Assembly: GCA_021780535.1 (NCBI GenBank)
Contig: JAJXYN010000012.1
Span: 69,688-133,687, forward strand
Origin: a bacterium
Lineage (GTDB): Bacteria; Patescibacteriota; Patescibacteriia; JAGPKW01
Length of the DNA: 64,000 nucleotides
Direction of reading: 5' to 3'
Below are positions 54,072-62,966 of this stretch, piece after piece. Positions within the stretch are counted from its first letter, which is position 1. The number at the start of each line of letters is the position of its first letter. The notes beneath the pieces were generated by a model. The model worked only from the letters and a program-made list of their open reading frames with translations, had not been told where the DNA came from and ran no database searches. Both the position numbers and the translations under genes were made by a program.

Positions 54072-56291
54072 ATGATTGTAGATCCTAAAGAACTTACAAT
54101 TATTGGCGAAACCAATTTCCGTAATATGAGAAAAAAGTTTGGCATAAAAGTTGACGATAGACGTCGTCATGTTTATGTTATTGGAAAATCTGGTTCTGGT
54201 AAATCTGCTCTTCTAGAAAATATGATCATGCAAGATATTATGAACGGCAACGGATGTTGTGTCATGGATCCTCATGGAGAATTAGCAGAATCTATTGTTA
54301 GATGTATTCCTCCAGAAAGACAGAAAGATGTTATTTATTTTAATCCATCTGATGTAGAATATCCTATTGCTTTTAATATTTTAGAAGGTACTGGGGATGA
54401 TTCTAGTAAAAATTTAGTAACTTCTGGTCTTATTGGTATATTTAAAAAAATATGGGCTGATTCTTGGGGACCTAGACTTGAATATGTTTTGAGAAATACT
54501 ATTCTATCTCTTATGTATGCTGAAGGGAGTACTCTTCTTGGAATTAATAGAATGCTTACTGATAAAAAATACAGAAACTCTGTTCTTGAAAATGTTCACG
54601 ATCCTATTTTGAAAGCTTTTTGGACTCAAGAATACGAAAATTATCCTGCAAAAGAATTGCCAATGATTATAAGCCCTATACAAAATAAAGTTGGACAGTT
54701 TTTGTCTAACCCTATTGTTCGTAATATTCTTGGTCAACCGAATAGTACTATAGATTTGAGAGAAATAATGGATAAGAAAAAAATATTTTTAGTAAATCTT
54801 TCAAAGGGTAGAATTGGTGAAGATAATTCATCTCTTATTGGTTCTATGATTGTTACAAAATTATATTTGGCAGCAATGAGCCGTGTTAATATTTCAGAGA
54901 GTGAAAGAAGTGATTTTTATCTTTATGTAGATGAATTTCAAAATTTTGCTACGGATTCTTTCGCAGATATTTTATCAGAAGCTAGAAAATATAGACTTGC
55001 ACTTATTATTGCTCATCAATATGTATTACAACTTCCAGAAAAAGTTTCTGATGCTATTTTTGGTAATGGAGGTACGTTAATAACTTTTCGTCTTGGACCA
55101 CAAGATGCTGAAATTTTTGAAAAAGAATTTGGGCCAGATTTTTTATTGGAAGATTTGGTAAATATTCCAAAATATAATATTGTTCTAAAACTTCTTATAG
55201 ATGGAGTTGCGTCTAGATCTTTTTCAGCAGCTACGCTTCCCCCTATAACAAAAACTATTGGATATGAAGATAGGTCAGCTTTTATTATTGCTGAATCAAG
55301 AAAAAAATACTCAAGAAGTAAAGATCTTGTTGAAAATCAGATTAGAGAATGGAGTATGAGTGAAGATGAGAGGCGTTCTGTAGAAAAAAAGAAAAAAGAA
55401 GAAGATTTTAAAAAAGAAAATTCTATTAAAGGTATTGTTGAGGAAAAAACTGGAGAAAAAATGTATTATACTAATTGTTGGGTTTGTGGTATGAAAATAG
55501 AAGTTCCATTCGCCCCAGATGATAAAAGACCTATATATTGTATTGATGATTTAAAAAAAGTTAGAGAAAAAATAATTCAAGAACCTATATTTAATAGATT
55601 TGTTGAAAATAAAGAAAAAAAAATAGAGAAAAATAAAAAAGAAGAAAAAAGAGAACAAAAACCAAGACAAGAAAATAATATTAATAATAAACAACAAGAT
55701 AGAAATAGAGAAAATAAAAAAGAAAGCATAAAGAGAGATGATAATAGAAATAAAGATGGGAGAGATAATAAACAACAAAACAACAACCAACAAAGACAAG
55801 ATATAAAAAAACCTGTTGAGCAAGTTGTGAGACCTATAATAAATAATAATATTGGAAAAATTATTCCTATTGAAGAAGAAAAATTAATTAAACCAATAAT
55901 TAAAGAAATAATTATTGAACCTGAAAAAGAAATAAAAAAAATAGAAGAAGTTAAACCAGTTATTAAAATAGAACAACCAAAAGAAGAAATAAAAGAGTTG
56001 GACTTTAAATCTATGCTTGGAGATATTATGAAGGAAACTGGAATAGAGGAAAAACAAAAAAGAGAAAAAATGGAAAAAGAAAAAAATGAAAAAGGGATAG
56101 AAAAAGAAAATGAAAAATTAATTGAACCAATACAAGATATAAAAGAGATTGAAAATGTTATTATTAAACCAGGAATGAGTTTGAATCAATTAAAAGAGAA
56201 GAGTTTTGATGAGATTAAACAAGAATTAAGTCAAAATAATAAGAATAATCAGTCTAATATTTTAAAGGCTGGAGAAGTTATTAAATTATAG
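54072..56291 (+). CDS. FtsK/HerA/TraG-superfamily P-loop ATPase (DUF87/T4CP-like, no TM segments) with Cys cluster and long K/E/N/Q-rich low-complexity C-terminal tail
   Basis: Walker A YVIGKSGSGKSALLENMI...CVMDPHGE, Walker B LYVDEFQNFAT, and a LALIIAHQYVLQL Q-motif-like segment. CWVCG...YC cluster, then ~240 aa of low complexity. Confidence 0.55.
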   Translation: MIVDPKELTIIGETNFRNMRKKFGIKVDDRRRHVYVIGKSGSGKSALLENMIMQDIMNGNGCCVMDPHGELAESIVRCIPPERQKDVIYFNPSDVEYPIAFNILEGTGDDSSKNLVTSGLIGIFKKIWADSWGPRLEYVLRNTILSLMYAEGSTLLGINRMLTDKKYRNSVLENVHDPILKAFWTQEYENYPAKELPMIISPIQNKVGQFLSNPIVRNILGQPNSTIDLREIMDKKKIFLVNLSKGRIGEDNSSLIGSMIVTKLYLAAMSRVNISESERSDFYLYVDEFQNFATDSFADILSEARKYRLALIIAHQYVLQLPEKVSDAIFGNGGTLITFRLGPQDAEIFEKEFGPDFLLEDLVNIPKYNIVLKLLIDGVASRSFSAATLPPITKTIGYEDRSAFIIAESRKKYSRSKDLVENQIREWSMSEDERRSVEKKKKEEDFKKENSIKGIVEEKTGEKMYYTNCWVCGMKIEVPFAPDDKRPIYCIDDLKKVREKIIQEPIFNRFVENKEKKIEKNKKEEKREQKPRQENNINNKQQDRNRENKKESIKRDDNRNKDGRDNKQQNNNQQRQDIKKPVEQVVRPIINNNIGKIIPIEEEKLIKPIIKEIIIEPEKEIKKIEEVKPVIKIEQPKEEIKELDFKSMLGDIMKETGIEEKQKREKMEKEKNEKGIEKENEKLIEPIQDIKEIENVIIKPGMSLNQLKEKSFDEIKQELSQNNKNNQSNILKAGEVIKL

Positions 56292-56293
56292 TT

Positions 56294-57586
56294 ATGAATA
56301 ATTATAAAAAGGGAAGTAATTTCATAATAATTATATTTGTGGTTCTCGTACTACTTCCTTCTTTTGTTTTGGTTCCTATAACTAACTTTATATTAAATAA
56401 TGGTGGTGTGGCGTTTTTAGAACTACCTATATTTGCAAAAATATCCGCCTTTATAGCATCTTTTTCTACGATGCTTGGTATTTTTATGATCTATAGACAA
56501 ATAGAAAAAGATAAGAAGGTTAATTCTTCTAGGTTCTTGGTAGATCTAAATGATTCTATAATGTCATTTGAAAGTACTAGAAATGTTTATAAAAAGTTAT
56601 TAGATCTTGAAGATAAGAAATATGATAGAAAGCTTTATGAAAAAGCTTTTAAAACTGATGAGGATAAATATAATTTATTGTCATATTTTGGTTTTTTTGA
56701 AAATTTACAATTTTTTTTAGAAAAGAAAATAATTAAAATCTCGGAAATAAATGATTTATTTTCTAAAAGATTTTTTATAGCTATTAATAATCCTTATATT
56801 CAAGAGGAAATATCAAAAAATGCTGAATCTTGGGTGAATATTTATAAATTATATAAAACTTTTGTTGTTTATAAAAATGATAAAAATATTAAAATCCCGT
56901 ATAAACAATATGCTTTATCAAAGACAAAAGAATATTCTAAATATTCGAAAAACTATTTCAATTATAAATCAATTAAAAACAATTTATTTATAATATTTAT
57001 TTTATCATCATCTATTTTTACATTGTTGTTGTTTTTTTTGTTGATTGCATTTGGTTATCCTGTAAATAATATTTCTAGTATAATAGGTTCTTGTGGTACA
57101 GTTATTGGTGCTTTAGCTATATTTTTTCAACTTAATGTGGAGAATGGAATAAATAAATCTAGATTTCTTTTTGAATTGAATAAATCATTTCTCTCTAAAG
57201 AATATTTTAAAGAAATAAATGTTTTAGCTTCATATAATATTAATTATAATAAAAAATTTAATTTAAAAAATAATTTGTTTAGTAAGGTAAAAATAGAAAA
57301 TTTGTTTAATTATTTAACATTTTTTGAATCAATAAATATAATGTTAGAAAACCATGGATTAGATGCTTCTGAAATAAATTCATTTTTTGGTTTTAGATTT
57401 TTTGTTGTAGTAAATAATCCTTATATTCAAGATATTTTATTAATAAAAGATGCTGTATATTTTAAAAATATTTATAGATTGCATGATAAATTAATAAAAT
57501 ATAGAAAATTTAAGTTTTTAGATGTTATATATGGTAACTATTCTTTAGAAAAAAGATATCAAAACTATAAGCAATTATTAAAATAA
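56294..57586 (+). CDS. hypothetical membrane protein (430 aa) with internal tandem duplication; paralog of 58387-59688
   Basis: Two repeats of a TM-hairpin plus soluble module (..YRQIEKDKK..SRFLVDLN.. and ..KSRFLFELNKSFLSKE..). Aligns end to end with 58387-59688. Confidence 0.5.
   Translation: MNNYKKGSNFIIIIFVVLVLLPSFVLVPITNFILNNGGVAFLELPIFAKISAFIASFSTMLGIFMIYRQIEKDKKVNSSRFLVDLNDSIMSFESTRNVYKKLLDLEDKKYDRKLYEKAFKTDEDKYNLLSYFGFFENLQFFLEKKIIKISEINDLFSKRFFIAINNPYIQEEISKNAESWVNIYKLYKTFVVYKNDKNIKIPYKQYALSKTKEYSKYSKNYFNYKSIKNNLFIIFILSSSIFTLLLFFLLIAFGYPVNNISSIIGSCGTVIGALAIFFQLNVENGINKSRFLFELNKSFLSKEYFKEINVLASYNINYNKKFNLKNNLFSKVKIENLFNYLTFFESINIMLENHGLDASEINSFFGFRFFVVVNNPYIQDILLIKDAVYFKNIYRLHDKLIKYRKFKFLDVIYGNYSLEKRYQNYKQLLK
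57305..57418. repeat. 114-bp direct repeat, copy 1 (inside the coding region of 56294-57586)
   Basis: About 96% identical to 58275-58388. Confidence 0.6.
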
Positions 57587-57588
57587 AA

Positions 57589-58287
57589 ATGGATAAAATA
57601 AAAAAATTAGGAATAATTGGTGGTTTGGGACCAGAATCAACAGCTAGATTTTATTTAGATATTATAAAATATTTTAAGATAAAAAATCCGAATACATATC
57701 CATCTATTGTTATAGATAGTGTTTCTTTTGATAAACATTTAGAGGGAGAAATAATTGTTGAAAACAAAAATGAGAATAAAATGAAAGAGATATTGATTAA
57801 TAGTGCTAAAAAAATTAAAAGATCAGGTGCTGATATATGTGTTATGCCCTGTAATACGTTACATATATTTTTTAATGATATATCAAAAAATATGAAAATG
57901 ATTAGTATTATAGATTCTGTTATTAATGAAATTAAAATTAAAAAATTAAAAAAAGTTTTATTATTAGCTACTACAAAAACAATTGAATCTAAAATATATT
58001 CAAACGCTTTTTTAAAAAATAAAATAAATTTCATAATACCATCCAGCGTTGATCAGAAAAAGATATCTCAAATAATAATAAAAATATTAGATAATAAATA
58101 TGTTAAAAAAGATTTTGAACTATTAAAAAAAATAATATATAAATTCAAGAAAAATGGTGTAGATTCAATAATTCTAGGTTGCACGGATTTTGATATTATT
58201 CTGGATGATTTAAAAAAACTAGATATAAAAATTATAGATTCTTTAGATGTTTTAGCTAAAACAACGGTAGAATATTTAATTATTTAA
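57589..58287 (+). CDS. Asp/Glu/hydantoin-family racemase (aspartate racemase-like)
   Basis: GIIGGLGPEST, VMPCNTLH (first catalytic Cys) and ILGCTDF (second Cys). Confidence 0.75.
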   Translation: MDKIKKLGIIGGLGPESTARFYLDIIKYFKIKNPNTYPSIVIDSVSFDKHLEGEIIVENKNENKMKEILINSAKKIKRSGADICVMPCNTLHIFFNDISKNMKMISIIDSVINEIKIKKLKKVLLLATTKTIESKIYSNAFLKNKINFIIPSSVDQKKISQIIIKILDNKYVKKDFELLKKIIYKFKKNGVDSIILGCTDFDIILDDLKKLDIKIIDSLDVLAKTTVEYLII

Positions 58288-58388
58288 CATTTTTTGAATC
58301 AATAAATATAATGTTGGAAAATCATGGATTAGATGTTCCTGAAATAAATTCATTTTTTGGTTTTAGATTTTTTATTGTAGTAAATAAT
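58275..58388. repeat. 114-bp direct repeat, copy 2 (spanning the racemase stop codon and the start of the second paralog)
   Basis: About 96% identical to 57305-57418. Confidence 0.6.
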
Positions 58389-59688
58389 GAAAAGAAAAAG
58401 TAATAATTTAATATTGATTTTTGTAATACTAATATTGTTACCATCTCTTTTTATTATTCCTATTGTAAATGTTGTATTGAAAAATGTTGGAATAGGTGAT
58501 GTATTTCGTTCTAATCCTTTATTTGCCATTATATCATCTATTGCTTCATCTATCTCTGTTATTATTGGTATTTTAGTTGTTTATAGACAAATAGAAAAAG
58601 AAAAGAAAATTAATTCTAATACTTTTTTGATAAGTCTTAATGATTATTTTGCTACAGATGAAAATATTAAAAGATGTTTTCATAAATTAATGAAGCTTGA
58701 GAAAAGAAAGTATTCTTTTAGTGTTTATGAAAAAGAATTTAAGACTGATGAAGATAAATATGATTTGCTTGAATATTTGAATTTTATGGAAAGTCTTCAA
58801 TATTTTATTGCGGAAAGAGTTATTAAGATAAGTGAAATAAACGAATTATTTTCAAAAAGATTTTTTATAGCCATTAATAGCCCGTATATTCAAGAAATAA
58901 AACTTAAAAAATATGATTATTCTTGGGTGAGTTTATATAGACTTGCTAGGTCTTTGATTGACTACAGAAGAGAGAAAGGATACCAGGTGCCATATGAACA
59001 ATATTCCCTAGAAAATATGCCAAATTATGAAAAATACTCAAAAGGGTATTATGATCATAAGTCTTTAATGGCAAATTATTTTAAATTGTTTATTGTAGCC
59101 TCTACCGTATTTTTAATTACTTTTTTTATAGTATTACATTTTGTGTTCAGCTTGCAACTTCAAGATACTTCTAAGGCTATATCTATAACCGGAGTTATAA
59201 TTGGAGCTTTGGCTTTGTTATTTCAGAAAATTGAAGAAAATAATATTGATAGAGCAAGGTTTTTGTTTGAATTGAATAAAATTTTTTTAAGTAAACAACT
59301 TTTCGGAGATGTCTATATGGCTACAACTAAAAATTTTTATCGCAATGAACCTTTTGATGAAAAGCATAATTATGTAAAACATTTAAGCAAAATTGATGCT
59401 GTACAGTACCTTTCTTTTTTTGAAGAACTATATATTTTAATAAATAAAAAAATTATTAATATTCAAGAAGCGAGTTTTTTTTTCAGTCATAAATTTTTTG
59501 CAGTTGTTAATAATAAATTCTTTTTAAAAATGTTTATATTAAAAAATAAAAAAAATCTATTAAATATATATAAACTTTTTAAAATATTTGACGACTGTGT
59601 TATAAAGTATGCAACCTATGAAGATGGAAAATATGTTTTAAAAAATATTGATAAAAATTATTATAATTTGATAAATAATATAAAATAA
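58387..59688 (+). CDS. hypothetical membrane protein (433 aa), paralog of 56294-57586 with the same internal duplication
   Basis: Shared ..VYRQIEKEKKINSNTFLISLND.. and ..RARFLFELNKIFLSKQ.. blocks. Confidence 0.5.
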   Translation: MKRKSNNLILIFVILILLPSLFIIPIVNVVLKNVGIGDVFRSNPLFAIISSIASSISVIIGILVVYRQIEKEKKINSNTFLISLNDYFATDENIKRCFHKLMKLEKRKYSFSVYEKEFKTDEDKYDLLEYLNFMESLQYFIAERVIKISEINELFSKRFFIAINSPYIQEIKLKKYDYSWVSLYRLARSLIDYRREKGYQVPYEQYSLENMPNYEKYSKGYYDHKSLMANYFKLFIVASTVFLITFFIVLHFVFSLQLQDTSKAISITGVIIGALALLFQKIEENNIDRARFLFELNKIFLSKQLFGDVYMATTKNFYRNEPFDEKHNYVKHLSKIDAVQYLSFFEELYILINKKIINIQEASFFFSHKFFAVVNNKFFLKMFILKNKKNLLNIYKLFKIFDDCVIKYATYEDGKYVLKNIDKNYYNLINNIK

Positions 59689-59689
59689 T

Positions 59690-60763
59690 ATGGAAAAATA
59701 TAAAATAAATATTTTAACAGGAGGAAATTCTTCAGAATATTATTCTTCTGTTAAATCTTATGAGAATATTATTGATATTTTGAATAAAAAAAAATCAAAA
59801 ATAAAAATAGAAAATGTTTTTTTTATTCAAAAAGATTTTGTTATTGTACATAATTCAAAGAAGTTACCAAAAAATGAGAAAGAACTTCATAAGGGTGGTA
59901 TTAAAATTGATATATTTAATTTACCAGAAGAATTAAAAAAAACAGATATTTATTCTTTTTCTTTATTAATGGGTAACCATGGTGAAGATGGTGATATTCA
60001 GGGCCTTGCTGAATTTTATGATTTAAATGGTTCTTTTGGTAGAGTTGCTTCATCTTCTTGTTCTATGAATAAGAATATGATGTCTAGAATAATAAAATCA
60101 GACTTTGATCCCAGTTTGTTAAAAATTATTCCTGAAATTAAAATAACAAAAAGTACAAAAATTAGTGAAATAAATAAATTCATAGATTCTTTAAATTCTG
60201 AATATTTTGTGATAAAACCAAATAAATTAGGTTCTTCTATATTAACTTATAAAATTGATAGAAATAAAATTATTAATTTTATAAAGAACAATAAAAGTAT
60301 TTTTAAATACGATGATCAATTTTTATTACAGGAATTTATATTAGGAAGCGATATCACGGTTGGTATTTTTGAAAATGAAAATAAAATAATAATCTTAGAT
60401 CCTATAGATCAGATAACAAAAAAACATTTTTTAGGTTATAACGAAAAACATGATGTAAGTAGTAGTATAAAAATGTCTTATAAAATTGAAGATAAATTGA
60501 AAGATAAATTAACAAACATATCAAAGACTATTTTTGAAAACTATTTTGAAAATTATGTTAGAATAGATTATGTGGTTAATGATTATGGTATATATTTTTT
60601 AGAGGTTAATACAATACCTGGCTTAACAAAATATAGTCCATTTACATTAATGTTAGATAAAAGAAATATTTCTATTGATTCTATGATATGCGGTTTTATT
60701 GAAAAATCTCTAAAAATAAAGAAATTGGATATAGATTTTGATAAATTTAAAATGAAAGGTTAA
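59690..60763 (+). CDS. D-alanine--D-alanine ligase-family ATP-grasp enzyme
   Basis: N-terminal KINILTGGNSSEYYSSVKS, EYFVIKPNKLGSSI, and C-terminal RIDYVVNDYGIYFLEVNTIPGLT. Confidence 0.65.
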   Translation: MEKYKINILTGGNSSEYYSSVKSYENIIDILNKKKSKIKIENVFFIQKDFVIVHNSKKLPKNEKELHKGGIKIDIFNLPEELKKTDIYSFSLLMGNHGEDGDIQGLAEFYDLNGSFGRVASSSCSMNKNMMSRIIKSDFDPSLLKIIPEIKITKSTKISEINKFIDSLNSEYFVIKPNKLGSSILTYKIDRNKIINFIKNNKSIFKYDDQFLLQEFILGSDITVGIFENENKIIILDPIDQITKKHFLGYNEKHDVSSSIKMSYKIEDKLKDKLTNISKTIFENYFENYVRIDYVVNDYGIYFLEVNTIPGLTKYSPFTLMLDKRNISIDSMICGFIEKSLKIKKLDIDFDKFKMKG

Positions 60764-60913
60764 TAAAATTAAAATATTAGAGAAAACCAAGAGAAAGGCT
60801 AAAACTTTAAAAAGGCAATTAATTGAGGAGATTGATGAAAAGGATTTGAAGAAAAAAAATAAGGGCAACTAAAAGATTTCTCTTCTTTGTTACCCTGGGG
60901 CCGTATTTGTTGT

Positions 60914-61042
60914 TCAATACGGTCCGCTTTCGTTCGAAGTGTCCACGTCGTCGGTTTCGGTGTTGCCCTGCTCTTCTGCGGTGCTCATATCCGCACCGTC
61001 GTCTCCGCCAGTGAAATCATCGTCTGTGCTTTCTTCGGGCAT
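60914..61042 (-). CDS. 42-aa highly acidic micro-protein encoded in a ~155-bp GC-rich patch (below ORF-track cutoff)
   Basis: MPEESTDDDFTGGDDGADMSTAEEQGNTETDDVDTSNESGPY. GGAGG SD 7 nt upstream of the ATG. G/C-ending codons contrast with the host AT-rich usage. Confidence 0.4.
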   Translation of the reverse strand: MPEESTDDDFTGGDDGADMSTAEEQGNTETDDVDTSNESGPY

Positions 61043-61142
61043 TTTATGCCTCCAAACTATCTAGTATAGCTAGTATAAATACTTATGCTATTGTGTTATA
61101 TCTGAGATTAGAGTAGCATATTTAATAAAAAAAGTCAATTTT

Positions 61143-62138
61143 ATGAAGTATATTTTTAATATAAATAAAGATTTAAATTTTTTAGAATTTATTAGAAGTA
61201 TTTTAAAGTTTGAAAAAACTAATGGCTTTTTATTTAGTTGTAATACTTATTTTCATTCAATAATAGGTGATTTATCAGAGGAAGAAAAAATTGTTTTAAA
61301 TTATTTTGGAAATAAGTTTTTTACAGATGATTATATAATAGTTCATAACATTAAAATAAAATCTGGTTTAAGCTTTTTATGGAATATTTATTCTGATAAT
61401 TCTAAAATTTTAGAATTAGAAAATACCATAGAATGGAAAAATATGAAAGAAAAAATGTATTCTAAATTTGAAAATATATGGTCTATAGAATATCCAAAGC
61501 TTATTAAATGGAAGGAGATATTGGAAATTTATAATCATAATAATATAATAGATATTGTTTTAAAAGTTAATAATTTTTTTGATGTAGATAATGTGAATGA
61601 AATAAATATTAATTTGTTTATTAATGGGGATAAAAATTTTTCAGCAGGATACGCCAATCCTATTTCTGAAAACGTTTTTAATCTTTTTTTGTCTAATGTT
61701 GAAATAAAAAATACAGAAAATGTCTTATGTAATATTATTCATGAAACTGTTCATGTTTTAAATAATAAATCAGAATTATATAAAAGCTTATATAAAAAAC
61801 TTTATAATAAAAGGAAGAATGATATTTTAAGATTTAAAAATATAAATTGGAGGGTTTTAGCATTACCAGAAGTAATCGCGTATAATGTGTCTTCCGTAAA
61901 TTATCCAAGTAAAAGCTATATTGGCAGAAAAATATTCAATTCAATAAAATCAAAAGAATTTGTTGATGATCAGAGCATTAGAAGGGATAATTTTGCTTAT
62001 CGATATATAGAAGTTTCCTTTTTATGCTTAGAAAAAACAATAAAATATTTAGAAAATGATAAAAAAATGGATATAAATTATTTAGAATTTGTTTTTGATA
62101 ATTGGATAGAGTATTTGAATAAATTAAATGCACGATAA
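61143..62138 (+). CDS. hypothetical protein (331 aa)
   Basis: ORF only. Confidence 0.5.
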   Translation: MKYIFNINKDLNFLEFIRSILKFEKTNGFLFSCNTYFHSIIGDLSEEEKIVLNYFGNKFFTDDYIIVHNIKIKSGLSFLWNIYSDNSKILELENTIEWKNMKEKMYSKFENIWSIEYPKLIKWKEILEIYNHNNIIDIVLKVNNFFDVDNVNEININLFINGDKNFSAGYANPISENVFNLFLSNVEIKNTENVLCNIIHETVHVLNNKSELYKSLYKKLYNKRKNDILRFKNINWRVLALPEVIAYNVSSVNYPSKSYIGRKIFNSIKSKEFVDDQSIRRDNFAYRYIEVSFLCLEKTIKYLENDKKMDINYLEFVFDNWIEYLNKLNAR

Positions 62139-62391
62139 ATTGTTGCAATGAAATTAAATTTGTAATGGATAAAAATAAAGACAAATTGAATTTTTTAGTC
62201 TTTTTTTGTTTGTTAATATCAAATTAATCGATTTATTAATATTCTATAAAATTGATGGTGTTATATTTTTTGATTATTAATTTAATTAGAAAATATATGT
62301 TTATAAAACATGATAAAAAATCAATTAGACTACCAAATTATGATTATTAGATAATTAATGAACGAAGTGAATATAATTATCTTATGCCGCT

Positions 62392-62924
62392 ATGTCGGCG
62401 TCTAAAAATGATTTATATTTCATAACAATATGTACATATAATAAAAATAATTATTTTGGAAAAATTAAAAATGGGAAGATGGTGTTAAATTGGTGTGGGG
62501 GTGTTGTAAACGAATATTGGTTTGAGATACCAAAATATTTCCCATTTGTTAAATTGCATGAATTTGTAATTATGCCAAATCATATCCATGGAATTATTCA
62601 AATTGATAAAAAAATTTGTTATCATTTCACAATGTAGGGGCATGCCGTTTTTGTTTTGTAGGGGCATGCCATGGCATGCCCCTACGGGAATTCGGGAAAC
62701 AAATTTCAAATTCATTGCCAATAATTATAAATCATTTGAAAGGTGCAATTACACGAAAAATCAACAAAATCCAACCAAATTATTTCAAATGGCAATGTAA
62801 TTATTATGAACATATTATTCGTAATGAAAAATCATATCTGAAAATAATTAATTATATTATTAATAATCCGAAAATTTGGTATAGGGACAGGAATAATGTT
62901 AAAAATATTGACATTTTGATATAA
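62392..62924 (+). pseudogene. IS200/IS605-family Y1 (HUH) transposase / RAYT-like gene, disrupted by a frameshift at an embedded GC-rich palindrome
   Basis: N-terminal part YFITICTYNKNNYFG...HEFVIMPNHIHGIIQI has the HuH motif and stops at TAG 62635-62637. The C-terminal part continues in another frame with LPIIINHLKGAITRKIN...FKWQCNYYEHIIRNEKSYLKIINYIINNP, which carries the catalytic-Tyr block. A perfect 28-bp palindrome GTAGGGGCATGCCATGGCATGCCCCTAC sits between the two parts. Confidence 0.65.
62638..62690. repeat. GC-rich REP-like palindromic element (partial copy + perfect 28-bp palindrome) inside the RAYT-like gene
   Basis: TAGGGGCATGCCG...GTAGGGGCATGCCATGGCATGCCCCTAC. Confidence 0.6.
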
Positions 62925-62966
62925 AAAGTGTATTTTGAAGATGCAAAATCTTTATAGGAGGCTATC

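Noticed and set aside
60887-61069. Plus-strand 60-aa ORF in the GC-rich patch.
   Set aside because: The minus-strand 42-aa acidic ORF has a perfect GGAGG SD and coherent codon periodicity. The plus-strand ORF is Cys/Val/Phe-rich, has no SD, and looks like the antisense shadow.
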